Origin: Saprolegnia diclina VS20
Taxonomy: Eukaryota
Reading direction: 5' to 3'
Assembly: GCF_000281045.1 (NCBI RefSeq)
Contig: NW_008246089.1
Span: forward strand, 330,737 to 394,736
DNA length: 64,000 bases
The notes under the pieces were generated by a model, which was given only the letters and a program-made list of their open reading frames with translations, had not been told where the DNA came from and made no database searches. The position numbers and the translations under genes are program-made. This document shows positions 24,027-35,789 of this stretch, in pieces (the first letter of the stretch is position 1; each line of letters opens with the position of its first letter).

Positions 24027-27000
24027 TTAGCGGACCATGTCGTTGAGCTCCTTCCCGATCAGGTACCGTTCGTCCCGCACCGAGTCGTGGAGCGTCTGCA
24101 CCCACCGGCCCACGCACGGCTTGGCGAGGACGATCCCCGCGCCCACGAGCTGCGTCGCAAACGCCAGTCGGTACACGATGCGCTCCGGGAGGTGGCTCCA
24201 CGCGAGCAGCGCGTCGAGCTTGCAGACGAGCCACGGAAGCACGAGGCACATGAAGAACCCATACGCGAGCGGTCGCACCACCTTGTTGCGAAACGCGACG
24301 CCGTCAAAGCACTTGGCGCTCAAGTCGTCCATCGCACGGTCGTCGCCATCAATGCCGACTTCGTGCGCGCGCACGTGGAAGCAGAGCTGCTCGTATGCGA
24401 GCCGCAGAGACGTGACGACGCCCGGCGGCGCCCGCGAGAGCTCGTCCCACCGGTCGCCAACGTGCGCATTGGGATCGTCGTCGTCATTGTTGTTGTGTCG
24501 GCGCCGTTTCTTGAGCTCCAAGCAGCACACAACCCACGCACCCGCGTGCAGCGTGACAAACCCAAACCCGAGCATCTAAAGTGCGCTTCATGAGCACCAA
24601 AGGAGGCATCAAAGCAACGACGTACCTCGAGCAGTGTCGGCCACTGCGACGCAAGCGGCGTCATCCAGAGCGCACTCAGGAGCCCGAGCATGAGCGGCAG
24701 CACGACGGCCCACGACAGCACGAGACCGACGAGCGAGCTGCGCGTCGAGGGCGGCACTCGGTACCCGCCGTTTTGAAGCCGATGGTGGACGTCCCGGTCC
24801 GGAATGCGGAGGATACGGAGCGCCTTGCAGCCGCTGAGAAGGACCCACATGACGAAAATACCGGTCGCGAACGCGAGCGAGTCGTGCTGGACGCCACAGA
24901 ACCGCTCGAGAAGCGCGATCGACGTGCGTCCGATGAAGAGCGGACCGAGCGTCGCCATGCCAATGATGCCAACGGTCGTGAGCCAGCACGAGAGCACGAG
25001 AAGACTCAGGCGGAGTGGCACGTTGGATGGAAACTGACGCGGTAGCAAGTTGTACTCCATCACGGTCGGGTCCACAAGCCCTTCTTCAGGCCACGGAAGG
25101 TACCGCGCGCCATAGTAGCGCTGCTCGGCCGCCGGCGCGTCATGGTGGGGGTTGAACGTCAATGGCGGCACCGTGAGCACGATCGCGTCAACGCCGGCCC
25201 CGGGCAGCGCCGGCACGCGCGGCAGCAAATACTCGGTGAGCCCGAGCCGTGCACACATACGCAGCATGTACTTGTACTGAAACGTGCCAATCTCGTTCTT
25301 GTACGTCTCAAGGACTGCGAGGATCGTCATGTGCGCAAGGACAAGCTCGAGCGGCACTTGGAGCGGCGCAAAGAGGTGGTAAAACCGCAGCTGCAGCGGA
25401 AACAATGACGGCGCGACGCTGTACGCGGCCCGCACAGGCAAGTGCACGAGCAGGAGGAGGAGTGCTGCGTAGATCGCAAGTGAGAGCAGCATGCGGCGCG
25501 CGTGCTTGATGCTCTTCTCGCTCAACAGCGCCTTGAGAATGTCCGGGTTGGCCTCTTGGGGCCGAATCGTCGCCGCGAGGATGTCGGGGTGGAGCACCTC
25601 GCGCATCTGGAGGACGGCGACCGTCACAAACAGCATGAACGTGATACCGAGCACCCAGTGTACGAGCAGCGTCGCGAGCATGTGCTCCATGCAGTAGCTA
25701 AGGCGGTCCCACGGGTCGACGAGGAAGAGCTGCAAGGTGGCCACGTCCATGCCGATACCGAGGAGGATTGGGAGCAGAATCATCTTGAGCAAGAGCAGCG
25801 TCGAGACCTTGACGACCGCGTTGAGGCACGAGAGGAACCAGAGGAGGCCCGCGAGCAGCGGTCGGTGGTTGTAGCTCGAGATGGTCGAGACGAGCACACG
25901 CCAGAGCACGATGGTGCCGCAAAAGCTAAAGTACCCCAGCGCGCACGTGCCAAGATCGACGAGCTGGAGACAGTCGCCGTGCAGCCGCGTCGTCTCGGTC
26001 GAGTTGAGGACCAAGTTGATGATGCGGTAGAGGGGCGACATGGCCTCGACCGGGCCTTCGAGGATCGACGGGTCGAGCGGTGGCAGTGCTGACGTAAACT
26101 TGCTCAACGTCGACACGATCGTGCTCCCGAGTGTGTACGGGATGAAGGCAAAGATGCCGAGGTACGCACCGTTGAACGCCAAGAACCACGAGACGTTGCG
26201 CACGAGGAGGTACAGCGGTCCACGAAAGCCCACGAGCTCGTCCATCGCAATGTTGATCTCCATGTGTTCCATGTCGTCGTCCCACTGGTCTTGCGGCGGC
26301 GGCTCGTTGTTGTTGTTGTTGACGGGGCGGCGCGGACGCACGCCACCGCGACGCCGGCGGTTGCCGCGGTTGACGGCCTCGACGATGCGCGGGTCCGGGC
26401 GAATGTTGCGTGCGACGTGCGGTCGAAAGACGGCGGCGTGCGGGATTTGCTGGATCGCCTCTTCAAAGAGCGGGAGATTGTCGTCTTCGCGGACCCGGAC
26501 GACGCGCCGCGGCGGCACGAGCGGCGGCCCACGCGGCAGGTTGAGGTGCGGGAGGTTGGCAACCGGACGCACATGGCGGCGGCGCGGCTGGATCTCGTCG
26601 TCCGAGTCGTCGTCCTCATCCCCTGAGTCGTCGTCGTCGTCGTCGTCCGAGTCGTCAGAGTGGTCGTCGCGGTGACCGCGTTCGGGAATCCACTCGTCGA
26701 CGCCGTCGACGCGCTCGATGAGCCGCATAAAGTTATCGCCGCGGCGGTTTCCCTCGGCGTCTTGGAGCCCGTGCATTTCAAGTTCCTGGGCGACGAGCAT
26801 CGCGCGCTGGCGAAGATGGACTTCCTCCGGCACGTCGGCGTCGGCGTCGATATCATCTTGGATCTGGTCCATATTGAAGCGCAGAAAGTCGGCGAGGCTC
26901 ATGAGCGAGAGGAACGAGCAGACAACGACAACGATGAGGATCAAACCCGAAAAGACGTCGTCAAAGAGCACCTCGACCGTCTGGACGCGGTCGTTAAAGT

Positions 27001-27434
27001 TGACCGAGCCCATGGTCGCGGCGCGGAGCAGCCAGAGGCGGTAGAGCCAGCTCGTGCACCATGGCGCGACGAGGGCCCACGCAATGACGACCAGGATCGC
27101 GCGGATGGCCAGCGGTAGCCACTTCTTGAGCGCCACGATCGCCAGCGACAAGAAGAGCTCACCAGCGGGCAGCGTCTCGGGGCAGCCATCGGCGTACAGC
27201 GGGCGAAACGAGAACGTGTAGCCACAGAGCTCGCACACTTCCTTCTTGGAGATGGCCAGCCACTCCGTCAAGCAGTCCGAGTGCACGTAGCGGATCGAGC
27301 CGCTGCATCTGCAGGGCGCGAAGAGGCGACGGCCTTCTTCCTACAGGGTCCATGCCATGAGCCATCGTCATGGCGTCAACTCTGCTTACCGCTTCGCCAC
27401 GGCAGACCCGACATTCCTCTTCGTCGTACTCCAT
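24027..27434 (-). CDS. MARCH6: RING-CH E3 ubiquitin ligase of the MARCH6/DOA10/SUD1 family
   Basis: CRVCRGE...PCRCSGSIRYVHSDCLTEWL...CELC RING-CH domain; many TMs; LREVLHP-like TD region; C-terminal RDERYLIGKELND element. Confidence 0.9.
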
Positions 27435-28073
27435 CGCTCGAGTAAGGAGGTTTATGGCTGCCCCGTCGATTGGGTGAAACGAAGATTTTCCAAATTCGTT
27501 TTTATTTTCCTTCTTCCGCATTATACCTATTATTTGTATAAAGAATACCAGCATTGTCATTAAAAATATCGCAGCCACCTCCCACATTGCTAGGTAAAAC
27601 CCTTGGGACAAACCTCGCCAAAGAAACCTCGCGGCGTCCGCGTATTTAAATCTAATATTTTTAATGCAACATGCTTTTTGTATGACTTTGCGTCCAATAT
27701 AAAAAGAGGCGGTCACGCCCAACTGCTGCTGACGCCGACTCTCGAAGTTCGAAGGCATGCGCCAGAACACATGCGTTAAAGCCACTGAAAAACGCGTTAA
27801 AATGATAAAACGTGTTAAAGTGAACCAAAATGGCACTGCTCGCGCTACAGCTCTCTCGACCCGGCAACTATCGCCCAGCCAGCACCCATGGTCGGGGGCC
27901 TTGACCTACCGCTACTACACATAGCTAGCTTGCTAGGTCTGTTCCGATGTACATAACTGGGTGTATACATAATTCATTCCCATGTCCAAGTCCAAATCGG
28001 TGCGGTAACTGCCGCTTTTAACGCATTCAACACGTTTTAATCAGCAGTTTCGCGCGGCCCGTGGCGGCAGCGG

Positions 28074-30968
28074 ATGAAGATGCTGCTTCCGACGCTGTCG
28101 GCCAACCCGGCCGAAGCCGTGCTTCGACAGCTGCTCGCGAGCGCAGCCGAGCTCGTGGCGGCCGACGAGATGACCGACGCGCGCAGGACGTACCTCGAAG
28201 CGCGCCAGAGCTACGTGCGCCTGAAGCTCCAAGTGTTTGGCGAGCCAACGCAGCAAGAGCCATCGTCGCCGCGCAAGTCGTCGCTGCTCCAGGCGCTACC
28301 GCCTTCGTGCGAGAGCCTCGGGGAGAAGCTCCGGGAGATTGGCGTCGCGCTCGGTAGCGCGTCCTGGGCAGCGCTCCAAGCGGCCATGGAGGCCAAGACG
28401 TGGGACATTGCGCAGCTCGCCGAGTGCCTCATCTACATGCCGACGCCAGAGGCTTGGGCGCTGTACGTCGAGAAGCGGTCGGTCATGGCCGCGGCGCTCG
28501 TCTCGGGCCTGCACCCGACCTTGACGCAGTACACAGACGCCGTCGCGGCATTCCTCCGCGCCGACGTGGACGTGGTCGCGATCCTTTGCGACGACAAGAC
28601 GACGCTCGTGAGTGCGTTTACGAGTGCCAAGTCGCCGATCGCTGACGTGGGCGACCGCCTCAGCCACCTTGTCGCCACCGCGTACGCACCGCCACTGCAG
28701 GAGCTGGTCGAGAAGGCCGTGACGTACTTGACGACCGACGTGAACGCGTGGATGCTTGTCAAAGACACCGTGTCGGCCTCCGTTGTGCATTTCGGCGACG
28801 TGCGCTTCCATACAGGCAAGAAGCGGACATTCGAGTACCGGTATGCGAACGCGGGGCAGCAGGTCGCGCCGCCGCCCACCCCCACGTCGTCCATGGCGTC
28901 CATGTCGTCCATAGCGCGCATCAACGTGCGTCTCAACTCGATCACGGGCTCCCGGCCGTCACTTACGATGCAAATGGCACGGACCGCCAAGGTCAAGGTG
29001 CTCTTGGCCGACCCATGTGTCCACGGCGTGTGGCGCTTTGTCCACATTGACCGCGGTGGCTTCGCGGACCACCCGATTCCTTCGAGCTTGCGCCGGTGTC
29101 TCTTTGTGTACTTTGACGACCTCGACTTGATAGCGTCGCACTGCAAGCGAAAGGGCAAACTCGAGTTTTGCATCGGGTGGCACGTTCTGGCGTGCGTCAA
29201 GACAGCCACGGAGGTCGTGTGGGTCAACGCGATCATCGACGCAGTCCAAAGCGACGCCGGCACGTGCACCGTTGTCAACGCGACGACGCAGAAGCGCTAC
29301 GACGAGTACCTCATCATGGACACGCATGTGCGTCTCGCGCCAACAGACCCCAAGTGCAGGATACACTCGGGCCAGCGCTGGCTCAACCTCATGGACGACG
29401 TCACGCGCGCGGTGGGCGCGCTCGTCAAGGCGCTTCCGGCGAGCGTCGACCTCGACGCGCTCCATCGGCAGCTCTGGTCGGCCCTCGCACCGCCCATGCG
29501 CGTGGCCGACTACATCTTTTCGCGCTATTTGCGCACGGTGCTGCATGCGGCGCGGACGACGTCGTCGCCCGGCGTCTCGAGTGCCGTGATTCTCGGGTCC
29601 TTTGATGCCACGGGCTTGTACTCGACGGCGATCCATAGCACCTCGGCGCTTGACGAGTACACGCTGCGCGCCCAAGCCGAGACGCTCGCATTGATTTTAC
29701 ATGACATCACCGAGAGCTTGAGCCCGTGTATTCAGACCGGTGGGTTTGCCGAAGTCCTCCGCTTGTACGCCCAAGTCGTGCAAGAAGAAGTGACGGCCTT
29801 CGCCCATGCGCTGCAGCGGCTCCTCACCGAGCACGCACTCTCGATGGATGCGGTGCTTGAAGGCGGCGTCGGCTTGATCGTACTGCTCGACACGTGGCGG
29901 CTCTCGCGCACGCAGCTGCGCCCGTCACTGGACCGCAGCGCAGCGGCCATGCACTGGACGATCGAGACGCTCGACAAGATCGAGCGCGTTATCAGTGATC
30001 TCGTCGCGACGTCCCTCCACTACGTCCACTCGTTTGTAAGTCATATGTTTGTCGCTGGAACGCAGACAAAGTGTCTGCGAGTAGATTCTCCACGAATGCG
30101 CGAGTATCTACCTGCCCAGCGTTGTCCACCAAGAGTGGTACGCGATCAAGCCGTATTTCAACAACACGCGCATCTCGGCGGGCCTGCAAGCCATGGTCCT
30201 CCGCTTCACGCGCCTGCTTCTGAAGCTCAAGGCCAGCGCGGCGGGACTTGGCCACTCGCGGCAACTTGCCCTCGATATGCTGGGCAGTCTTAGCGTTCAC
30301 ATGGTCCAGTCCGTGCTCGAGCTCTACTCGACGCTGACGCCGTCGCGTGGCCGCTTGGAACAATACCGCATCGACGGCCTGTACTTTGTATTGGGCTTCT
30401 ACAGTAGCTTGCGTGCGTGCGTGCTCGACCTTGGCGTCGCCGCCGACTCGTCGTGTACGTCGACAAATCTTGGCTCGGTGTTGTGACATGCCAAATAGGG
30501 CTTCGGCAGTGCGCAGAAGGGCTGGTCGCATTTCTGAGTCGCTTGGCGCTGCTGTTTGGTCCTCTTAGCGCCATTGAGCACTATGCAAGCACCACCAAGT
30601 CGTTCAAGCGGACGCTGCCCGGCATTCTGGGCGCGTACGCCTTGTTGGACCGCCTCGTCACGCCCGTTCTCGCAAGCCTCAAGTGCGCTATCACCGACCA
30701 CGCGTCCTCGAAATACGTACGTACGACGGAAGCGTCGTGATCTGTCATCGTGACTTGCCTAGCCATGGCATCTGCACGCACTGGTGCCCGACATTGCTGC
30801 GCTCCTGACACTCGACCTCGACGTAGGGTGCATGTTGTCGATGCTTCTTTGCACACTTTGCCGTCTAGTGGGCCGGTATACTGGACGAATGCAGCGTCTC
30901 CAAGTGGGAAACGGCCACGTGGCTCAAGATGCGTCGCGAAATGGTCAGCTGTACGTACCCTGCGCTGA
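28074..30968 (+). CDS. helical protein with KIAA0825/DUF4495-like region, multi-exon (3' end uncertain)
   Basis: Long ORF 28074-~30035, then exon EWYAIKPYFNNTRIS...LELYSTLTPSRGRLEQYRID resembling recalled KIAA0825 motifs (W..K.F...R.S; Y....PSR.R..Q.R.D). Confidence 0.55.
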
Positions 30969-31504
30969 CGCCCGATGAGTGCGTGACCAAGGCGCGACTC
31001 CTCACCGTACGTTCCACACGTTTTCTCAGGGCAAGGCGACACTCTGTCTGTAGTTGCTCGGCGAGCCAGCGTGAAGCGACCGCATCTATTTGTCTTATTT
31101 AACTATTGTCGTCTTTGTCGTCCATGTCTTCAAAGTGGACGTTTCTGTGCAAGGGTTGACATGTTGGTACTAGCCTTCATGTATGGTACCCTCGAAACAT
31201 CGAGCTCCGAAAACGTTGCTCATCGAATGAGCGAGAAGGAGGGAAGGAGGGTAGAGCGTCTCACGATAGCGCTCGCTTCCCCAAGCAAAGGACAGTTCCC
31301 CGGGATATTCATCGCCAAGAAAGGACTGCCACGCTTTTGTTTCCATGATTGGCCGCGCACACAGTTACCGTATCAAGGGACTGACAAAAAGCGAGAGCGG
31401 TGCTACAATGGCGGCCCCGACCGAGCCGCCATCTTGGTCGTCGTCGTTCAAATGCTATAGATAAACTGCCACTCTGCAGCGTGCGCCTGAGGTTCCGTGT
31501 CGGA

Positions 31505-33462
31505 ATGCGCTCGTCTGCTGCGCTCGTGCTGCTCGGTGCGTTGGGACTCGATGGTCCACGGAGGCTAACTGTCCAACTGTCGCAGGCGCGACGCTCTCGT
31601 ACGCGACGAAGACGCCATGGACGCGTGTGTGGCGGTACGGCGCCAAGCAGAACGAACCGACGCCCCGCGCTGCCCACAGCATGGTACTCTGTGACAACGA
31701 GACGCTGGTCGTCTATGGCGGCATCGGCGACGAAGAAGACAGCGCCAAGGACGACGCGTGGACGGTACTGCCATCGATCGACGCTGTCGCAAGTAACACT
31801 GCCTAGTTCAACCTGACGTCGTTTGCATGGACCAAAGTTGGCGTGGACGGCCCTCGCCCGCACAAGCGCTTCCACCACTCGGCGGTAGGGGTCTTGCGAG
31901 ATCACAGAGACGGGAGAGTGATTAGGCGGTGCGGCGCTCGCCTGCAAGAGAAATGTACATCTTTGGCGGCATGTCCGTGTGGCAAGAGCTACCGTCGCCC
32001 ATACTGCACTATGCGCAGACCCAAGACCTCTGGCGCCTCGAACTCGATGCCAATCCGCCCGTCTGGGTGCTTGAGCCTGCGCTGAACGGCCCGAGCAACC
32101 GCAGCGAGGCGACCGCGATCACGTTCAACGATCGCATGTATGTCTTTGGGGGTATCGAGTACGACACGAGCTCCACAAGCCGGGGGCACTCGCGCTGTTT
32201 CAACGATATTTGGACGTTTGACTATACGACCAAGGTCTGGACGCAGCTGCTTTTGCCGGCCAAGCACGTGCCGTCCCCGCGCTTCTCGCACGCCGCAAGC
32301 ACAATCACTGGTACGTAGTGTACTTGCTCGGGTCCGAATCAGTGTTCAATCGGGTGTCGGTAGTCGACGGCGTCACATCCATGCTAATCTTTGGCGGCCG
32401 CCAATTGACCAAAGACGACGGGTGGGCCCTGCTGGACGACATTTGGCTCTTTTCGTTCGAGGTACCTTTGTCGTTTGGAGAACATTGTCATGCATCGTGT
32501 AGACCCATGCGTGGACACAAGTGCACGGCACGCCCGCGTTCAAGCGCGCGTACACGACCATGGTGACGGTCGACAGTGACATGTGGCTCTTTGGCGGCTA
32601 CTTCAAGTCGGACTACAGCACAAATGGCTACGTCTATGACGACACGGTCCACGCGCGGCTCTCCGGCGCGCACACACAATTCTCCAAAAACAACGAGACT
32701 GATATGGACGAGGTATCCATTGCGAACGTTGCACTATTGCAAACGGCATGGTCTTAGGGATACCCGAGCGTCCGGTACTTGCATCGCGCCGTGGCCTGGC
32801 AAGGGAAAATGGTCGTCTTTGGCGGTCGCTTCCAGCACGCTCTGGGCGACATGTGGATCCAAGATCTCGACGCGACCTTGCTGCATCCGGTCACGGACGT
32901 GCACGAGCTCGAGCGTAGCGATATGAACTCGCTCTACGTCGCCTGTGTGCTGTTTGCGATTTTCACTGTGTTTTTCATTCTCACGCTCGTGCGCTTCCGG
33001 CTCCACCACGTGCACGTACGACAACTTGTCTTATGTTCAAACTGACAATTTTGATATATAGCCGACCGCGCCACTGCGCTACGTGCCGCGCGGCGTCTCG
33101 AACCAGCGCTTGCTCGAGCTCAAGACGAAAAAGGTACCCTTTATATGGCTCGACCGATGGGACATGGCAGTGCGTAGTACCAAGCGGTGGCGTCCACTGA
33201 CACCAACGCGGACCAAGTCGACTTGTGCCCGATCTGCCTCGTACGCGCAGCCTGTTACGACTCGCGTTGTACTAAACATGGTGTGCAGGCGGACTTTATA
33301 AGTGATGACGACGTGCGCGATCTGCCGTGCAAGCACCTCTTCCATGTCGCTTGCATTGACGAGTGGCTGCGCAAAAACAAGGTACCGTCATACCGACTGT
33401 ATGGTGTCCTATGACGCATGTAGACCTGCCCCATGTGCAAGCTTGACATTGAGGCCGTGTAA
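31505..33462 (+). CDS. signal peptide + Kelch repeats + TM + RING-H2 E3 ligase, multi-exon
   Basis: MRSSAALVLLGATLSYA; Kelch motifs PRAAHS..VYGG, MYIFGG, MYVFGG, MLIFGG, MWLFGG, MVVFGG; TM LYVACVLFAIFTVFFILTLV; CPICL...LPCKHLFHVACIDEWL...CPMCK. Confidence 0.85.
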
Positions 33463-33517
33463 TCGCCAACACGAACAACAAGATTGCTTTGGATTTTGGA
33501 GTCACGTTGTTGGTCGT

Positions 33518-35386
33518 CTAGTCGTCCCAGTCGGCGTGCGCAAAGTTGGCGTCGGCAGCGACACCACCCGTCGCGCGCTCGGCTTTGATTGGCACCTTGA
33601 CCGGCGTGTCATCTTGGTCCCAGTCCTCCGTGACAAAGTTGTTGTCGGCCGCGACCGCTGAGGCTCTACATTTGTCATGTTCCTATGGGGCTCGTTTCGA
33701 GATGGCAATATACCCAGGGTGAGCCGCTGCTGGAAGCGACCCCTTGCTTGGCGGCGTCTTCTCGTCGGCTTCTTCATCTTCGTCGTCAAAGTATGCAGAC
33801 GCTCCTTTGCTGCTTTGCGCGGGTGGCTCTTGGTTTCGGTCCTCTTCGTCATCCTCGTCGTGCACTGAATCGTCGTTATGACGCTTGGGGGTCATAGTGA
33901 CGACGCTGTCGTCATCGTCGCTGTCGGCTTCGCTCCTTGCCGTCGGCGCATTATTGAGCGCCTCCATATCCGTCGAGAGGTGGCGCTCCGGCGCCCTAAC
34001 CTCTCATGACAACCTAGCTGTGTGTCGTGTACAGTACGCGACGTCATGGAACCGGTCATCGTCGTCGTCATCGTTGTCACTGTCGTTGGACGCGTCCACT
34101 TTGGCTACGCGGCCAAAATTACACTGCTGTAGCACAGATCCAGACATACGAGACGGCGCGGGCTCGTCAACGTCATGTTGAAGCGACCGCCTGTGCAAGT
34201 TTAAACCGCGTAGGAGCTGGTGGTGCCTACTTGGCTGGCGGATGCTCGTCGTCGGCCTCTTCGTTTTCGTCCTCCGAGTCTGAAAACTGCAGCGGCTCCG
34301 TCGCGGTCAAGTGCGCCTTGGGGCCCACGCGCGGCTCACTCGTGCATTTGACTTCGACACTACACTCAACGCTCGATGCCGGGGTGAAGAGCAAGGTAGC
34401 AAGAGGTACGTGGATCGCGCCGGCGGCACCGCAACGTCCTTGGCATCTGCCTCGTCCTCGCCTTCGCTGCTCTCCGAGTCAGCGCTGGGGGGCGGCAGCG
34501 ATCGCTCACTCGGCTTGACGTCGGCGACGTAGCTCTACCTCGAGAGTCATGGACTTTAGCTCTTTGTGAAGACGTCACCTTGCGCTCCCGGTCCACGAGT
34601 GGTTCTACGCGCAATTTGCACCGAGTGTTTCGTCCGGCGAGACTACCTGCGACGGCCTTGCGCTCGGCCTTGGCGTCCGTCTCGCCCTTGGCTTCTACAT
34701 CATCATGTTAGTGATCGTATTTGGTGTGGACACCAGTCGACCTCGGTGCGCCTTGGCGGCGGCGGCCGGCTCCTTGCTGCCCTCGTCGACGCCTTCTACG
34801 GCGTGTTGTGACAAAGCCATCGAAGAGGGATGTACCAAACGTGGCCATGAGCGACGAAGGTACGATCGCGGTGGACTTGGGCAATACGAGCGGCGGCGGG
34901 AATCGCAGCGCTTGGAGGCTCTCGGCCCAAAGTTTGTGCTCGGCCGCCGTCTCGCCCTTGACCCGCAGTGTGCGCGACGGCGACGCAATCTCAATCAAGT
35001 TCTACGCCCGTTTGCGTTCGATATGGTCATATTGTACACGAGACGTACGGGCTTGACGTTGATCTTGGTGACGTCTTCGAGGTAGATCCAGCCACGCACC
35101 TCCTTGGCCTTTCTACAGCAAACGTTGCCGATACGACACGCAAGTGGCGAGCGTACTTGGCCTTGAAGTAGCTCAAAATGAGACGGTGCATCGAGACGTC
35201 GTCGTCGGGGTTGGCGACGTCGACCTTGAACCAGCGCTTGTTGCTCGACGACCCAAAGAATTTTTCCTTGCTGTTGTATTTGACGAGCCAGCCTTCGAGC
35301 ACGTTGATGTCGACGCCGTGGTCTACGGCGAGTCGATATTCTAGTTAGTTGAAACTTCAGTACGTACAGATTCGCTTCGTGGCCAT
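33518..35386 (-). CDS. PH-domain protein with long acidic low-complexity tail, multi-exon
   Basis: LEGWLVKY...KRWF...LSYFK...RGWIYL...EHKLWAESL PH domain; acidic tail ending in DWDD. Confidence 0.7.
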
Positions 35387-35789
35387 GGTTCCGGGATCGC
35401 ACGGCAGATTCTCCAACTAGTTGGCGTCGACGACACAAGGCGGCTTCGGTTTCGTCCGAAACCCATTCCTATCCGGACGACCTAACCGGACGATGGAAAT
35501 AGTGTATGGTACATCCTTGTTGCTTGACGTCAGTGCAAGCCACGTGGCTGTGGAGCTACGCCAGGGCGATCCCGAGACGTATTGGATCGTTGTGGGTGCT
35601 ACTGTATGTGACCTTGTCGCTTGCATCGAGAGCGTGTGATAGTGTGCGAGAAGCGACAACGACGTTTGGCATCGTAGGACTTGAAATAATGTATGTTTAG
35701 TGGAATCGACTGTACTTTCGACTAACTAGAATATTTTAATTCGTCCAAATTTTGTTGAACTACCGTTTGGCCATTTCGTTGCAACGGCG

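Noticed and set aside
26300..26670. (TTG)n and (TCG)n trinucleotide runs
   Set aside because: They encode poly-Asn and poly-Asp low-complexity linkers of the MARCH6-like protein
31071..31460. 129 aa ORF upstream of the Kelch-RING gene
   Set aside because: Intergenic-like composition and no motifs
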